A DNA stretch of 48,317 nucleotides from Perkinsus chesapeaki ATCC PRA-425 (taxonomy: Eukaryota; Protista; Perkinsozoa): the NCBI GenBank assembly GCA_013115145.1, contig JAAPAO010000242.1, forward strand, positions 1 to 48,317, read 5' to 3'. This document shows positions 1-9,844 of the stretch, piece after piece. The stretch's first letter is position 1. Every line of letters begins with the position of its first letter. The position numbers and the translations under genes are program-made. Below the pieces are notes generated by a model, which worked only from the letters and a program-made list of their open reading frames with translations, ran no database searches and was not told the origin of the DNA.

Positions 1-67
1 ACCGAGAATCGAACTCGGGACCTACTGCGTGTTAGGCAGTCGTCATAACCAACTAGACCATTCCAGC
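1..67 (-). tRNA. trnV: tRNA-Val(AAC), 3' end cut by the window edge (left array copy L1)
   Basis: Reverse complement is GCTGGAATGGTCTAGTTGGTTATGACGACTGCCT-AAC-ACGCAGTAGGTCCCGAGTTCGATTCTCGGT. Anticodon stem ACTGC/GCAGT, T arm CCGAG-TTCGATT-CTCGG. Confidence 0.92.
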
Positions 68-141
68 AACCTGCAACCTGGGAAACTGTGGTAGTGTGTA
101 TCCCTATGTCATAGTGTCAGCGTGTCACTCGGTAGGGTGAA

Positions 142-215
142 TACTGGATCTAAGAATCGAAACCAGGACCTACTGCGTGTCAGGCAGGCGTCATAACAAA
201 CTGGGCCATTCCAGC
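142..215 (-). pseudogene. Degenerate tRNA-Val copy with GAC anticodon (L2)
   Basis: Full-length homolog of L1, 148 bp inward. D loop is mutated (TTTGTT), T stem is mismatched (CTGGT/CTTAG), and there are acceptor and anticodon-stem mismatches. Confidence 0.8.
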
Positions 216-289
216 AACCCGCAAGGGCCAAGACTCTCGCGGTGTCCATCTCTATATGACAATCTCATCATGTCAATGAGTGAGATGAG

Positions 290-349
290 TACTGGAACCG
301 AGAATCGAACTCGGGACCCAATGCGTGTGAGACAGTCGTCATAACCAAC
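290..349 (-). pseudogene. 5'-truncated tRNA-Val(CAC) copy (L3)
   Basis: Matches the tRNA from the D loop to the 3' end. The first 14 nt (GCTGGAATGGTCTA) are replaced by unrelated sequence with a duplicated GTTG. Confidence 0.8.
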
Positions 350-391
350 CAACCAAAGTTTACTCGTCATGGTGCAACTACTACAACTCTA

Positions 392-898
392 TACCTTTCA
401 GAAATCTATTTCGCGTTCAAGGCCACCAATTTCGCGAATAGGGACATGAATTTCGCGTTAGGGATAGAATCGGGAAGTCAATTTCAAGAATAAGGATCAC
501 AATTTCGCGGATACGGAAATCAATTTCGGGCTGTACTTTCAACTACACGAAGAATCTTCGGAGTGCTAGAAATTGCACAATGTGCGAAGCCCCCTCACTG
601 AAACATAGCGCAGCTTGTACCTACCTTCCAGAAACGACTTTAATGGTTTATTGCAGCAACTCCGCATGCCATGAATGATATGACATATAAACATATATTA
701 TACGATGCGAAGACATATGATATGTCAGCGACAGACAATAGTATAGTTAAGGAAGGTTTTTTAAGATTTTTTTGTGTAGTTGAAAGTACAGCCCGAAATT
801 GATTTACTTATCCGCGAAATTCTGATTCTTATACGTGAAATTGACCTCCATATTCTGCCCCTACCGCGAAGTTGATGTCCCGATTCGCGAAAAAGGTA
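392..898. repeat. Imperfect inverted repeat (arms about 392-558 and 763-898) with about 21-bp AATTTCGCG subrepeats; foldback/MITE-like
   Basis: The reverse complement of 763-892 aligns with 430-558, including AAATCAATTTCGGGCTGTACTTTCAACTACAC. An AATTTC(G/A)-type motif recurs about every 21 bp in both arms. Confidence 0.8.
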
Positions 899-1195
899 CA
901 GATAGTTGGTCGGGAGTGTGGGAGAGGACCAATATCCTGTGAGCTCGAAGCCTGAACACCAAACACGAGGTGCTATGCGCTGGCTGCACTGGCAATTGGT
1001 CACACTAGGGACGCTGGAGCACTGAATCAGTGCCACTGATAAATATAGCTTATATTATATACGTGCAGTCTCAGACATCTATGTCATTGACATAGCAGTG
1101 CAAATCCAAATATCCACTAGTGTCCCACGAACCACCTTCGAAAGAGAAAAACACTCACAGGTAATGATGCCGCCATTAAGATCAGTATCACCAGC

Positions 1196-1316
1196 GCGGA
1201 AACCAGGAATCGCACTCGATTCTATATGACCGGGAAAAGTGTAAAAGGGCGCACGCGCAACTTTGCTGGAACCTAGAATACTAGAAGCCTAACACGCGTA
1301 AGGCAGTCGCAATATC
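1196..1316 (-). pseudogene. Two heavily eroded tRNA-Val remnants (about 1196-1218 and 1265-1316)
   Basis: GGAAACCAGGAATCGCACTCG and CTGGAACCTAGAAT...AGGCAGTCG align with the tRNA reverse complement (CTGGAACCGAGAATCGAACTCG...TAGGCAGTCG). Confidence 0.55.
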
Positions 1317-1729
1317 GAATATGACACATCCGACTATATCAGCAAGCAAAACAATGTCCAGAAAGTTCAAATTGTGTGTAATTCTATAAGGTAGATTAGC
1401 TAGTTACCCACCTGAGGTGAGGAGTCCTGGCCGAGGACTGCACACATATTGTGTTCTGGCCCACAAAGATCGACGCACAACACTACAACGCAACTTTTGG
1501 GAATAATGCAGCATTTGCTCAACAGCAGTCAAGTTCTCATGCTTCATTGACTTTGATATTATCGAACAAGTTGTCCATAGCTCTCAGATTCGACTTGTTG
1601 TAATCGGTACGAGACGTAGTGACGTATGAAGTAGGGGCGCTGTCTCCCTGAATAACCATAAAAACCTAGTAAGTTTTCTGTGCAGGTAAGGCCCCGAACT
1701 TACATTGTAAGATCGTCTCAGAGACTCAC

Positions 1730-3103
1730 GTGCAAGTAGGGTCTGTAGCATGGGAGTTTGAACGGCTGGACGCGCAGTAAGGGGAACAACCACGCCGGGC
1801 CTTCCGCTCGATTTTAGTTGTCCTAAACAGTCCCACGAAGGTATGAGCTATTCCAAAGATCTCTAGTTTAATAGAGCCTACGGAAGTAAGTGCCGTTATT
1901 TCGCCACATCACACAGGTTAAAAAACCGGCAAGGGGACAAAGCCGGAACCCCTTTCAATATGTTCGAAATGATTTCGACGAAATCAGAGCGTGAACCGGA
2001 ACACCCAGCGGAGCGGAATACCCGCCAGGGATAGAGTTCGTGTAGGAGCACTACTTAACTACACTTAGCACTACAAAACACTCAGCATCTTCAAGGGCGA
2101 CCTATGAATCATAGGCTATGATAGATCATCTACCCATGATATATCGCCCCTCACCCTGGCATTTCGGCCACGAATACTTGAAATACTGCGGAAATTTACA
2201 ACGCCCTCAATACATTGACGAATCGAAGTGACTTCATGTGAGTTACCTTTCTTTGGTGATAGGCTAGTCCCAATGAGAGCCAGTGACTTGATGAACTGGT
2301 CATGCTTTAGTGCTTGCATATGCCTTTCACGATCTCGGTGAGCAGCATCAACAGCCTCAGCTACAACTTGATCACGATCACGGGCCGCGACTGCTGCAAC
2401 GAACTACAGCAGCATCAAACACTCGAGCACAAAACGTCTTGAATGTCTGACCTGTTCCCGGCTTTGCCGAAGCTCGTCCAGAAGGGACTTATTCAGTTCC
2501 CTCTGTTCTCGCAGCATGGCCAGCAGAGCTGACGACTCTAGGTCTACAAATGATCCCTCCAAGAGGGCTTCTGCCACATTCTCACTTGTGGCGTCGCATG
2601 TGACATCATTAAGACGTTCCCGCAAGTCACCCCGTGTTGGAGAACCAAAGCTTCGATCAAATGCAGGACCGGTAGGAAAAGTCGAAGTTTCTACCCGAGG
2701 GTCTGAAACAACCCAGCGATGCATGAGGGGGGTCAACGTCTTCAATTTACCAGCGGTGAACTCGAATGAGGTAGACTGTCGCACCGCTTCCCTTACTGGA
2801 TCGGACTCTTCACCGTTGGGAGCTGGCAGCGAGCCTCGTATGATAGAAGGGAAATCGAAGATTGTTGCCGTCCTATCGGCTTTACTCTGGAGGGATGAAT
2901 GTACAGTGCGACCTCTATTGGGTGCACCTGTTAATGCACAGAGTAAACAACGATCAAATCTTAAGCTACTCGAATTTCTAGGCGACGGACCAGGCCCCGA
3001 GCGCTGGGGACCCTTTGAGAGAGGACTGTCTGACTCGCTGCTGCTCCCTTCCGGACTCAGCTGATGCCGAGACGACAGTTTCGGTAATGGTCTGATAATA
3101 TTT
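1730..3103 (-). mobile_element. Decayed gag/ORF1-like reading frame of a retroelement
   Basis: One frame is open from about 3103 to 2116 with a single internal stop (2404-2406). It encodes a coiled coil (LLAMLREQRELNKSLLDELRQ) and a gag-like ISWVDDL. The same frame has CSPYC-x7-H-x5-C at 1788-1732. Confidence 0.45.
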
Positions 3104-3119
3104 CATCGGCTGGCGGAAA

Positions 3120-4330
3120 GATCAGCAGCTGCTACAGGCAAGAGGGAAGTGACTTGGCAAGCACGCCAGCCTTCGCGCGACCTGGTCCTCGTAGAGTACT
3201 CAGCACAGCTGAAAAATTGGCGTACATTGAGGATCGAAAGCTGGACAGTTTTCAGTGAACTTACCGGTTTGTGGATCGACCTCTTCCATTGGTACCTACC
3301 ACAAATTCAAGTAAACAGCCACAGGGTCCATGACCGACTCCAAGTTCCTTGGCAAAGCTCACAATATTCTCAGCATCCAGCTGCATTACGAGCCTCTGGC
3401 ATCGGCCAAAGCTCTCAGCCAGGTCGAAGCTCAACCTGGAAGATGGCCAAGCTCAATAACTCGAGGGTGAGAAACCTGCTTCACCGATCGGCTTCCAGGA
3501 CTAGCGTGGATCCCCGGCCTGCCAAGCGGTCGACGAGGGTGCAGAAACGCCGTGCCAATTTGGACCAGTTTTGCTTCATTTCGCCGGTAGCATCTTCGTC
3601 CACCACTCTAGCTACCGTTATGGTATCTGGACACACGGAATCGTTGGATACTCAGAAAGGGAAGCTCTGCCTGTGCCAATATGGTCGATTCTGCGCACGG
3701 CATCCACCACATCTTCGAGGCGGCGCACTGAGTACTCGGACAGCCAACGGATGTCTCGGCACATGGTTGACCAACTAACTCTTGAATTGATGGAGAGGGA
3801 GTACACCTACAGGGACCTCATGGAATTACGCGCTTCTCAACAGTGTGTGTACCTCAACCAGAACTCCGAGTGCTTCAGCATAGGAGGGGCCGTCAAGATG
3901 CTCTTCATCTGTTAGTTGAGTCGGTCGTGGGGAAGACACCTTTTCCTTGCACAGGTAATATTAGTGAGTTACAGGCGCCCGTAACGACCACATGGCGGCG
4001 GAATCGACCATCTCCCAAGCTACTCACCATTGCGCTGTCCTTGCTAGAGACGCTCGAGTTGCTCTCATGATCATCGTCCTCTACGGGCGTGTCTACTGAC
4101 TAACGACACATAGCGTTTGAGATGGTCGCACGGTTCGTTGATTACTTTCGAGGGCGTGGGCAATAAAGAGTGCATGACGAGACAGCAGAGTATCTCCTCT
4201 GTTGTGGGTTCAGTGGGCCGACTGAGCTGCTCGAAAGCATCACAAACCGCAGAAAGAATTCGCAAGCATATAGTCTCCTACGGAAACCGATGGAGGCGGA
4301 GCAATTGCAACAAAAAGAAAGTTGCTCACT
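3120..4330 (+). mobile_element. Possible second, very degenerate non-LTR reverse transcriptase fragment
   Basis: Motif-like strings occur in the expected order and spacing: RQEGSDLAS (3136), LAYIED (YIED at 3223-3234), NSSK (3304), and KFLG (3342, after a frameshift). Many stops; weak match. Confidence 0.3.
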
Positions 4331-4399
4331 CTGATAGTAACATCAACCCTGTCGCAAGATCTATTGCTTACTACTCCCTTCAGGTGCCTTGGCATTGAC

Positions 4400-6300
4400 C
4401 TCAACGCCTAAACACCAAAATGTAAGTTATAATTATCAAAGCCGAAAGCAAGGCTGCCCTACGTTCTGGAGCTCAACTGCCACGTGGTTCTGTAACCTAG
4501 AACCAAGCTCAAGAGTGATAGCTCGAGTGAACGTCCTCAACAGACTTGGAGCGGAGGGCCTGGGACGAGAGACGGAGGTATCGCTCCGGCAATAATCGCC
4601 GGGCACCACGGACGTACTCACCGGCGACTGCGACCAGCCCCTCGTCTACTCGGGCTGATGGGCGATACTGCAACAGCCGCCTTGATGCCTCGTATGAGCT
4701 TGAGGAACCCGCCGCAGCACGTAGAGACACGCAATACGGACGTGGCCAACGCTCGAACTTCGTCCTTAACATCTCTGATACAGAACTGTTTACGAAGAAG
4801 TTGACTTGGACCAAGCCTACTGTTTGGCTGAAGACGCCTGGAGAAGCAGCCACCAGTCGATTTGGTATCGGAACGAGACCTGGGATAGAATGCGGGGTGT
4901 CTAATTTGGGCACCACTGACGCACTCGCTGATCAGCTAGCAACTCGGCTACGGAGATGTCGATCTTGTGATCCCTCATAAGCCCTTTAACGGCTATCCAT
5001 CCAGGGTTGGCTGAAGCAACTCGATCTGGGGCCAGGGCCAACCTACGGAGCGATGTGTCTAGATACAACAAACGGCCGCTGGCTATCGCCTTGTAGATTC
5101 TGGTGGGATTTACTATTCTCCTATGCTTTTTGATGCTCAGTCTCACAATGGAGCTAGCGCCAAAGAAGTAGCGGTTACGTCATTTTGACGCCAGGATAAC
5201 GCCCCTACAGTATTAGACCGGTTTCATCAAGCACCCTCACCAATAAGAGACTATCCGCAAAGTGGCAACCTCAACGTTGAGCAGCCGAAGCGTTCCAGCC
5301 TTGAGGGCACTGACGACCTTCCTCTCGATCAATATAGTCCCTAGCCTGTTGGCCAGCAACCTGATGTTTTAATGGAATATTTTGCGTGGAAATGTTCACG
5401 GTGCCTCAGAAGCTGGGAAATAACTGTTACCTGTGAACCACTTTCGGTGGATGCGGCTGCTCATTCGTTGAAGGGAGTTGCCGGCCCTGTGATAACAAGT
5501 TTGTGATCAAAGCGTCGACACTATTCAGATAGTGAAGCTGAAATGAACTGTTACGGAGAACGCCGAGCTAGTCGACTACGTATTCCTCGGCAGTTGTTGC
5601 CCTCATCACCGAGCCCAGCCAGAGAACGTCGACAATAGCACGGACAGTTGCACCTAAGGCGAAGTCCCGGTCAATCGTGCTAGATGTTGTCTTTCAGCCG
5701 TTCTCACCAACGAAGTCATCCAAATACTGAAGTTCGCAACTATTAAGGATGCCTGACCACTCAATAACCGTTGCAAAGTCCACGGTTGATATTCCCCGGG
5801 CAGATGGCAATGAGAGGTAGGAAGCCCCTGACATATTCCATCATGCAGCAATACTGTACTACAAGGCGTTGCTTCCCCTACGAGCTATTCTGCGGGCCAG
5901 ACGATGGAAGAGCTCAGGGTCCACGGATAAAGTGGTAGAGGCACCGCCAGCTCTTATGCCACTAGGGCTGCATGCGCCCATTGAAAGCTGTAATCCCTGA
6001 CTTGAAATGTATAGAAAAACACTTGGGCTTTTCTAATAGCTAACTCAAGGGAAAACAGGTGGAGGCATAAACTTTTCAAGACCAAGTCAGACCAGCCAAG
6101 TCACCGCCTTTTCCGAGGAACTGGCATAGCCCGCGAACTCGGACTGGCAGAAATAGCCCCATTGAGTAGTCTAGGTGATCACCTCCACTAAGGGTTATGC
6201 GTGCAAGTACCTCTGTACCCCATTCAGTTACCACATGCGGTAAGTAAGTTACTGGATCTACAACCCTGATTTATCATTATGAAGTACGGCTAATCCTTAC
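4400..6300 (-). mobile_element. Decayed non-LTR (LINE-like) retrotransposon: RT domain and C-terminal region
   Basis: Ordered RT motifs across frameshifts: FAGY..SSEKAV (2A-like), GITAFNG, GICQGLPTS (5839-5825 for GICQG), QYLDDF (YLDD 5726-5715), VLWLG (about 5615). An eroded CCHC-like string (YC...EASRRLLQYRP) follows at about 4660-4740. Confidence 0.6.
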
Positions 6301-6667
6301 GGGTAGGAAATTCGAGGCTAGTGAACACATTTTATTCGGCTCTCTACTAGTGAGAGCACTGTGCGTTCCTACTGGAGTTAATTAACAGCGAACAAAACAC
6401 TGCCGATAAGGCGTAAAAGCAGAGCAAATGTAAGCACACTCCAACACCTGTGCAGCCTGTTGAACAGCATATGTCGAAATAGGTGATTGAGTTCTAAAAC
6501 TACTATCTGCTTTATCAACGTCCGATCCATCAATACTAGAACGATGGACTTCTGAGAAATATAGTCGAGTGATTGGTCACTTGAAATGACGAAGCGAGTA
6601 CTGATACTGGAATACCTGCGGGGCAGGACCAAGCCAACACCTACCGCATACTCAGTAAAGTGGGAAT

Positions 6668-7726
6668 TTAGTACACTAGTCTGAGGTTCCCACAAATCTC
6701 ACTGCCGGCAACGCATCTACGACTAGGGAGGCAGAGACCTGTTTGAGAAGCCACGAAGTAGTATGGCTTAAACAGGCAACCAAACCCGAGTTGAGTCGGT
6801 AGCTTCTCTATTTCTTCTGCTGGAATATCGCCATCAGGGAGACGAAGCAAAACTAAGTCTGATGGCTCCACGCCTGCCATGAAGTGATAGAACGACTGTA
6901 CATATCCCATTGGGGATGGAGGCGCGCCACGAATCTTCTTCATAAAGAGCAGAGTATTTAGAGTCACGAACCTCACGTTGGAAAGGAAGCCTTCCCATTC
7001 GAAAATATTAAACCTTCCGCAGTCATCAAGTACACCAACAAAGGACTGGTAGTCGTAGCTATCTACAGCGACAATCTTAATGTTACCCCGAGTGTCTTCT
7101 ATAACATCAAATTCACGCACAAACATACTAGCATAGCCGACTGTACGTTGTTCTCCGGATATTGGGCATAGTTCCTTGAACTCTGTATAGAATGCACAAG
7201 GACCATACCAATCACTCTCACCTCGTTGCTTTCCCAAAATATATTCTTCTTCGGCAGTTAGTGACAGAGGACCATGAAGGCCAGCTACGTAAACCTTGCC
7301 CCGATAAGCCACTATTGTAGAATTGACACTAACAAGGCCTCTACCTCGAAAATTTAGGGGAATTATTCTCGTACCGGGTTCTGGAGGGGTTTCATCGAAA
7401 CAATAAACAATCTCAGGAAGCTTGAACGGTTCAGAGACCTTAGTCACACGTAGCTCGTTGACGCCGGAATCACTATGCAACTTGTAAAATGTGTGAGACA
7501 AGGGGTCTATAGAAGCATACAGCTTGCAGCGGAGAATCTTGTCTTCCCATCGTCCATGACGTGACCGAGCGGAGTTGGACGCGTAAGTCATACCGCGAGG
7601 TTCGCGATGCCCGAGATATTCCCATATAACTGACTGGACGTCAGGCACTGGATCTGGGCAAGAATGGTCTAAGACAGATTTCAGTGCCCTGAGATCAATA
7701 GCCAGATTGAAGATGGCTTCGACCAT
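6668..7726 (-). CDS. Intronless 352-aa hypothetical protein with an N-terminal F-box/SOCS-box-like motif
   Basis: Long uninterrupted ORF. N-terminus LRALKSVLDHSCPDPVPDVQSVIWEYL resembles that of 35354-36427; the rest is beta-strand-rich. Confidence 0.7.
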   Translation of the reverse strand: MVEAIFNLAIDLRALKSVLDHSCPDPVPDVQSVIWEYLGHREPRGMTYASNSARSRHGRWEDKILRCKLYASIDPLSHTFYKLHSDSGVNELRVTKVSEPFKLPEIVYCFDETPPEPGTRIIPLNFRGRGLVSVNSTIVAYRGKVYVAGLHGPLSLTAEEEYILGKQRGESDWYGPCAFYTEFKELCPISGEQRTVGYASMFVREFDVIEDTRGNIKIVAVDSYDYQSFVGVLDDCGRFNIFEWEGFLSNVRFVTLNTLLFMKKIRGAPPSPMGYVQSFYHFMAGVEPSDLVLLRLPDGDIPAEEIEKLPTQLGFGCLFKPYYFVASQTGLCLPSRRCVAGSEICGNLRLVY

Positions 7727-8286
7727 AGAAAATTATTATAAATATTACTGAGAAGCATAAGGAAGATTCGTTGTAGGCGGGAGTGCTAAGGAAAGCTATT
7801 GTCTACCCGATTTCCGCCGAGGTACGGAATTCAACACACACGACAGAAAAACAGAAGCGACAACTCAAGTGCCTGACTACGACCGATGCATGCGTTATGC
7901 CCAAGTAACAGCACGGATGAGATTACAAGGGCGACACTGTATGAACTAGAACAATTTGAACTGCTGAATCAACCACTTCCGCCCCTTGCCCTCGTTATAT
8001 TCCACTAACACAACATGATAACTTACTCTATAGTAGAAGGTAAGATCATCGTACACTAAGGTATCGGCCTCGAGAGTGGTTATGGAAAACAGAAGCCAAT
8101 ACTCACCGATTCGAACTTGGACTTGAGCTCGCGTATGGAGCAGAGGGTCTTTCGTGAACCATCGTAGGCTTCCCTTTAGTGCGAACGCTGAAGTACGCGC
8201 ATTGCAGCGGTACTTCTGCCCAATTGATTAATGTAAGAGTTAAGGTAATCAGTATTGAGGGCAACCGCGATAATAAATTATTCTAC

Positions 8287-8309
8287 CGATAGCACCATCG
8301 GTGCTATCG
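8287..8309. repeat. Perfect 10-bp-stem hairpin CGATAGCACC-ATC-GGTGCTATCG
   Basis: Directly visible inverted repeat in intergenic DNA. Confidence 0.85.
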
Positions 8310-8810
8310 AACCATCGAGAGGTCTCTACACACGAGAGAGAGACAAGCGACTAACTTGAGCTGAGCCGCACGTACTTATAAAGTTGTTTACAACTATCCG
8401 TAGAACGGAGAAAGTGGAAAAGTATTAAGAAACCCTTCAGCCAAGCGATTACAGGCTCTGGTCACTCGAGTACACAAAGCATGCATCCGTTGGCTTCAGA
8501 ATATTAGAGTAAGAAAGGGCGAGCCTCCAAAAGGCGGGAAGTAATATCAGATAGTTCTAGTTGAGGCAGCACTAGTCATCAACTAAGCAACAACGACGTG
8601 TAACGACATACACTACTAGACAGATAGAAGACAGTAACAGTAACTAAGCATTTAATGAACGACATTAACAAGAGCATCAGCCACAGGCTTTGCTTTCCGC
8701 ATCAGCCATGTGTCGTTTACAGACATATCGGGTTATCATGCCTAAGTCCATCGCGCAATTCTGCGCGAATCCTCGTTATAACAAGGTGACTCTACAGCAT
8801 TTACCCTCAT

Positions 8811-9564
8811 TTAAGCTCTATTAGATGAACCGTTCTCACTACCCTCATTAGAGGATGCATAATAATAAAGGCTGTTACCGTCGCTCCCAATTTCTTCATC
8901 GGGATTCACTTCTGGCGCCCAGGAGGCTCTACAGACAGGACAGCGAATGACATCTCCTTTAGCACCCACAGCGGTTGGGCCCCAATGCTCAATGTATACC
9001 CTTGCGCATTCCTTATCAAACTTATGATAACAGTAAACTGATTCTACAACATTGCATTGATCCGAGCTATTCTTGCTGGTATCATTGCCATCTTCAAGAT
9101 CGGTCTTGGAAACTACCGAGTCGTCCATGTCGCCCAGGCAAATTGGGCAAAGCTCCCCTTTTGATGGAGAAGCCAGTTTGAACAAACTATCAAACTCGGG
9201 CATCGGCGTCCGCTCCTTCCGACGTTTGATGGTACCGATGTTGAAGACTGTACTACGGCGCTTCCAAAACTGCAGCAGTAACGGAGGAGCAATTGCCCAG
9301 ACAATAACAAGGTATACAGGAAAGCTAAAATCTGCTGAACCTGACAGGAAAGGCGCACTCGACTCTCCCTAGCAAATGTCAGGCAGACGCACCTGTATTT
9401 GAGTAAACAGTTAAACCCACTAGGGCGGCTAGGATGACGAGCCACGAGGCAGCAAGAAAAACTAATATGCAGTAAGTACGACGCCGCTGTCCTGCACTGC
9501 TGTACTGGCGGCTTCGAGAGGTTAACTCATTTTGAGATACCATCGGTAAGGGGTATGGCTCCAT
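8811..9564 (-). CDS. Two-TM RING-type E3 ubiquitin ligase (2 exons, 233 aa)
   Basis: A 52-nt GT-AG intron (9420-9369) joins two hydrophobic segments in frame to CPIC...CYHKFDKEC...W...CPVCR. Confidence 0.8.
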
Positions 9565-9844
9565 TTATAAAAAACAACTAATAGCTGATTCAAAGTAACT
9601 CCGAGTATCGAGTTTGAACAGATGACTCAACAAGTAGGCAGGTAAAGACTATTGTAATGTGTATTTATCAGTGGGCAGAATTTTAAGGGTGTATGCCATA
9701 GTGCCAATAAAATAGAGAGTGCAGAATGCTACAGTATCGACCAGAAGGTCACTTCGGCGCAGATCAGTCGTCCTGGCGAATTCTCTCTGCGGCTAGTACC
9801 TGAACATGCACCGTGCAGAATAACACCATCTCCTCCGGCTGCGA

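Noticed and set aside
1411-1439. CCTGAGGTGAGG plus hairpin AGTCCT-GGCCG-AGGACT as a hammerhead or HDV ribozyme
   Set aside because: There is no proper CUGANGA...GAAA core, and I could not build an HDV pseudoknot.
5700-5850. GICQG...DDF as a telomerase RT fragment
   Set aside because: The motif has YLDD, the sequence is decayed and intronless, and an eroded LINE-type CCHC string follows, so a retrotransposon is the simpler explanation.
7950-8230. Possible small spliced gene on the minus strand (GTGAGT/GTAAGT donors, ...ELKSKFES / ADTLVYDDLTFYYR)
   Set aside because: No convincing start or homology was found; too weak to call without RNA data.
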